DNA from: Lingula anatina
Lineage: Eukaryota; Animalia; Brachiopoda
DNA: 64,000 nt
Direction of reading: 5' to 3'
Assembly: GCA_051362555.1 (NCBI GenBank)
Contig: CM120640.1
Location: 22,492,225-22,556,224, forward strand
Below the pieces are notes generated by a model. The model was not told the DNA's origin, made no database searches, and was given only the letters and a program-made list of their open reading frames with translations. Positions 63,201 through 64,000 of the stretch are shown here, piece by piece (positions within the stretch are counted from its first letter, which is position 1; each line of letters begins with the position of its first letter). A program made the position numbers and the translations under genes.

Positions 63201-64000
63201 CAGCAAGGGAAATTGTATATTTACTTTAACATTACGTGAACTTGGGTGGAGGGATGATATATGAAGGAATAGTCCTAATGAACACGATGATGACAATAGA
63301 AGTATGCATTTGTTTTACCGTAGTTCCTCTTGCTTTCAAGGTGCGATCACGATACTCGGTGAAAGATGCAAAAGCGAAACATTGTTTTTCTTCTTGTCCT
63401 TTACAGTATATTCAGATGCTAAATGTCGGAATGTAGCCGGTTCTAAAGTCTGAAAATACATGTACATTTTAATGATAAACTATTAAAATATGAGAGATAA
63501 TAGTTAGTGAAATAAAAGGTGAGAGAAAAAGCACATCAAAGTAGAGGAAATAGACGTAAATCACATGCAGTGCAATGCTGTTTCCAAGTCAGCAACTCCA
63601 GGAAACTTCTTGTGCATGGGTCTTGCACACGACAAGATATAAGCACTGAAATTACGGAAAGGGCAGGTCTCAAATGGCAACCTGAAATTGGCAGACTACC
63701 GCACGGTGCGCATTGTTTAAGGTGGTTTTAACGTTCTTTTTATGTCGTCAATGCCCTGGCATCAAGAAAACTAACGAGAAGTAGATTTGCTGAAGGATGA
63801 ATAACTACCGGTAATCATATCATGGTTTACATGGGTATACTGTAGATTGGCGTCCAGGAACATAATTCTAATTATATGAGTGGAACTGCCATATGTCAAC
63901 TACATTCTGTGCCCGAGCTCTGTAATTTGTTTGAGTGAGCCGATGTGCGCGAGTGACGACATTATCCGTGGTCACAACAACACCTGCATTACGAGTTGCT

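Noticed and set aside
60560-64000. Short ORFs in the last 3.5 kb
   Set aside because: No recognisable domains or consistent exon chain; left unannotated.

Overview
Eukaryotic, AT-rich, intron-containing animal DNA; the repeat types suggest a mollusc or other lophotrochozoan (inference). The first ~26 kb is a transposon stack. It holds an EnSpm-like end, a 3-kb foldback element with ~1.07-kb arms, and a complete but defective Ty3/Gypsy LTR retrotransposon (4652-11408, TSD ATAT). It also holds one minus-strand LINE (~13732-25190) split by three nested inserts: a TA-flanked DNA transposon carrying a BEN-domain ORF, an 81-bp in-frame insert, and a Helentron-type HINE with a 146-bp satellite array. 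The rest holds three genes: a multi-exon PARP14-like mono-ADP-ribosyltransferase (+; RRMs-KH-one macrodomain-WWE-PARP) with an L2-like LINE in an intron, XPA (-; 7 exons), and, head-to-head with XPA, an uncharacterised gene with a divergent Ski/Dach-like N-terminus and a probable frameshift. Four observations are most unusual: (1) a palindromic transposon (427-bp TIRs, 8-bp TSD) in XPA intron 1 whose arms each carry an outward-facing ATG exon with a splice donor in phase with XPA exon 2; (2) extra tRNA-Leu PBS copies inside the Gypsy LTR; (3) a transmembrane-like segment inside Gypsy Pol; (4) BEN-domain cargo in a DNA transposon. All calls were made by eye, without database searches.
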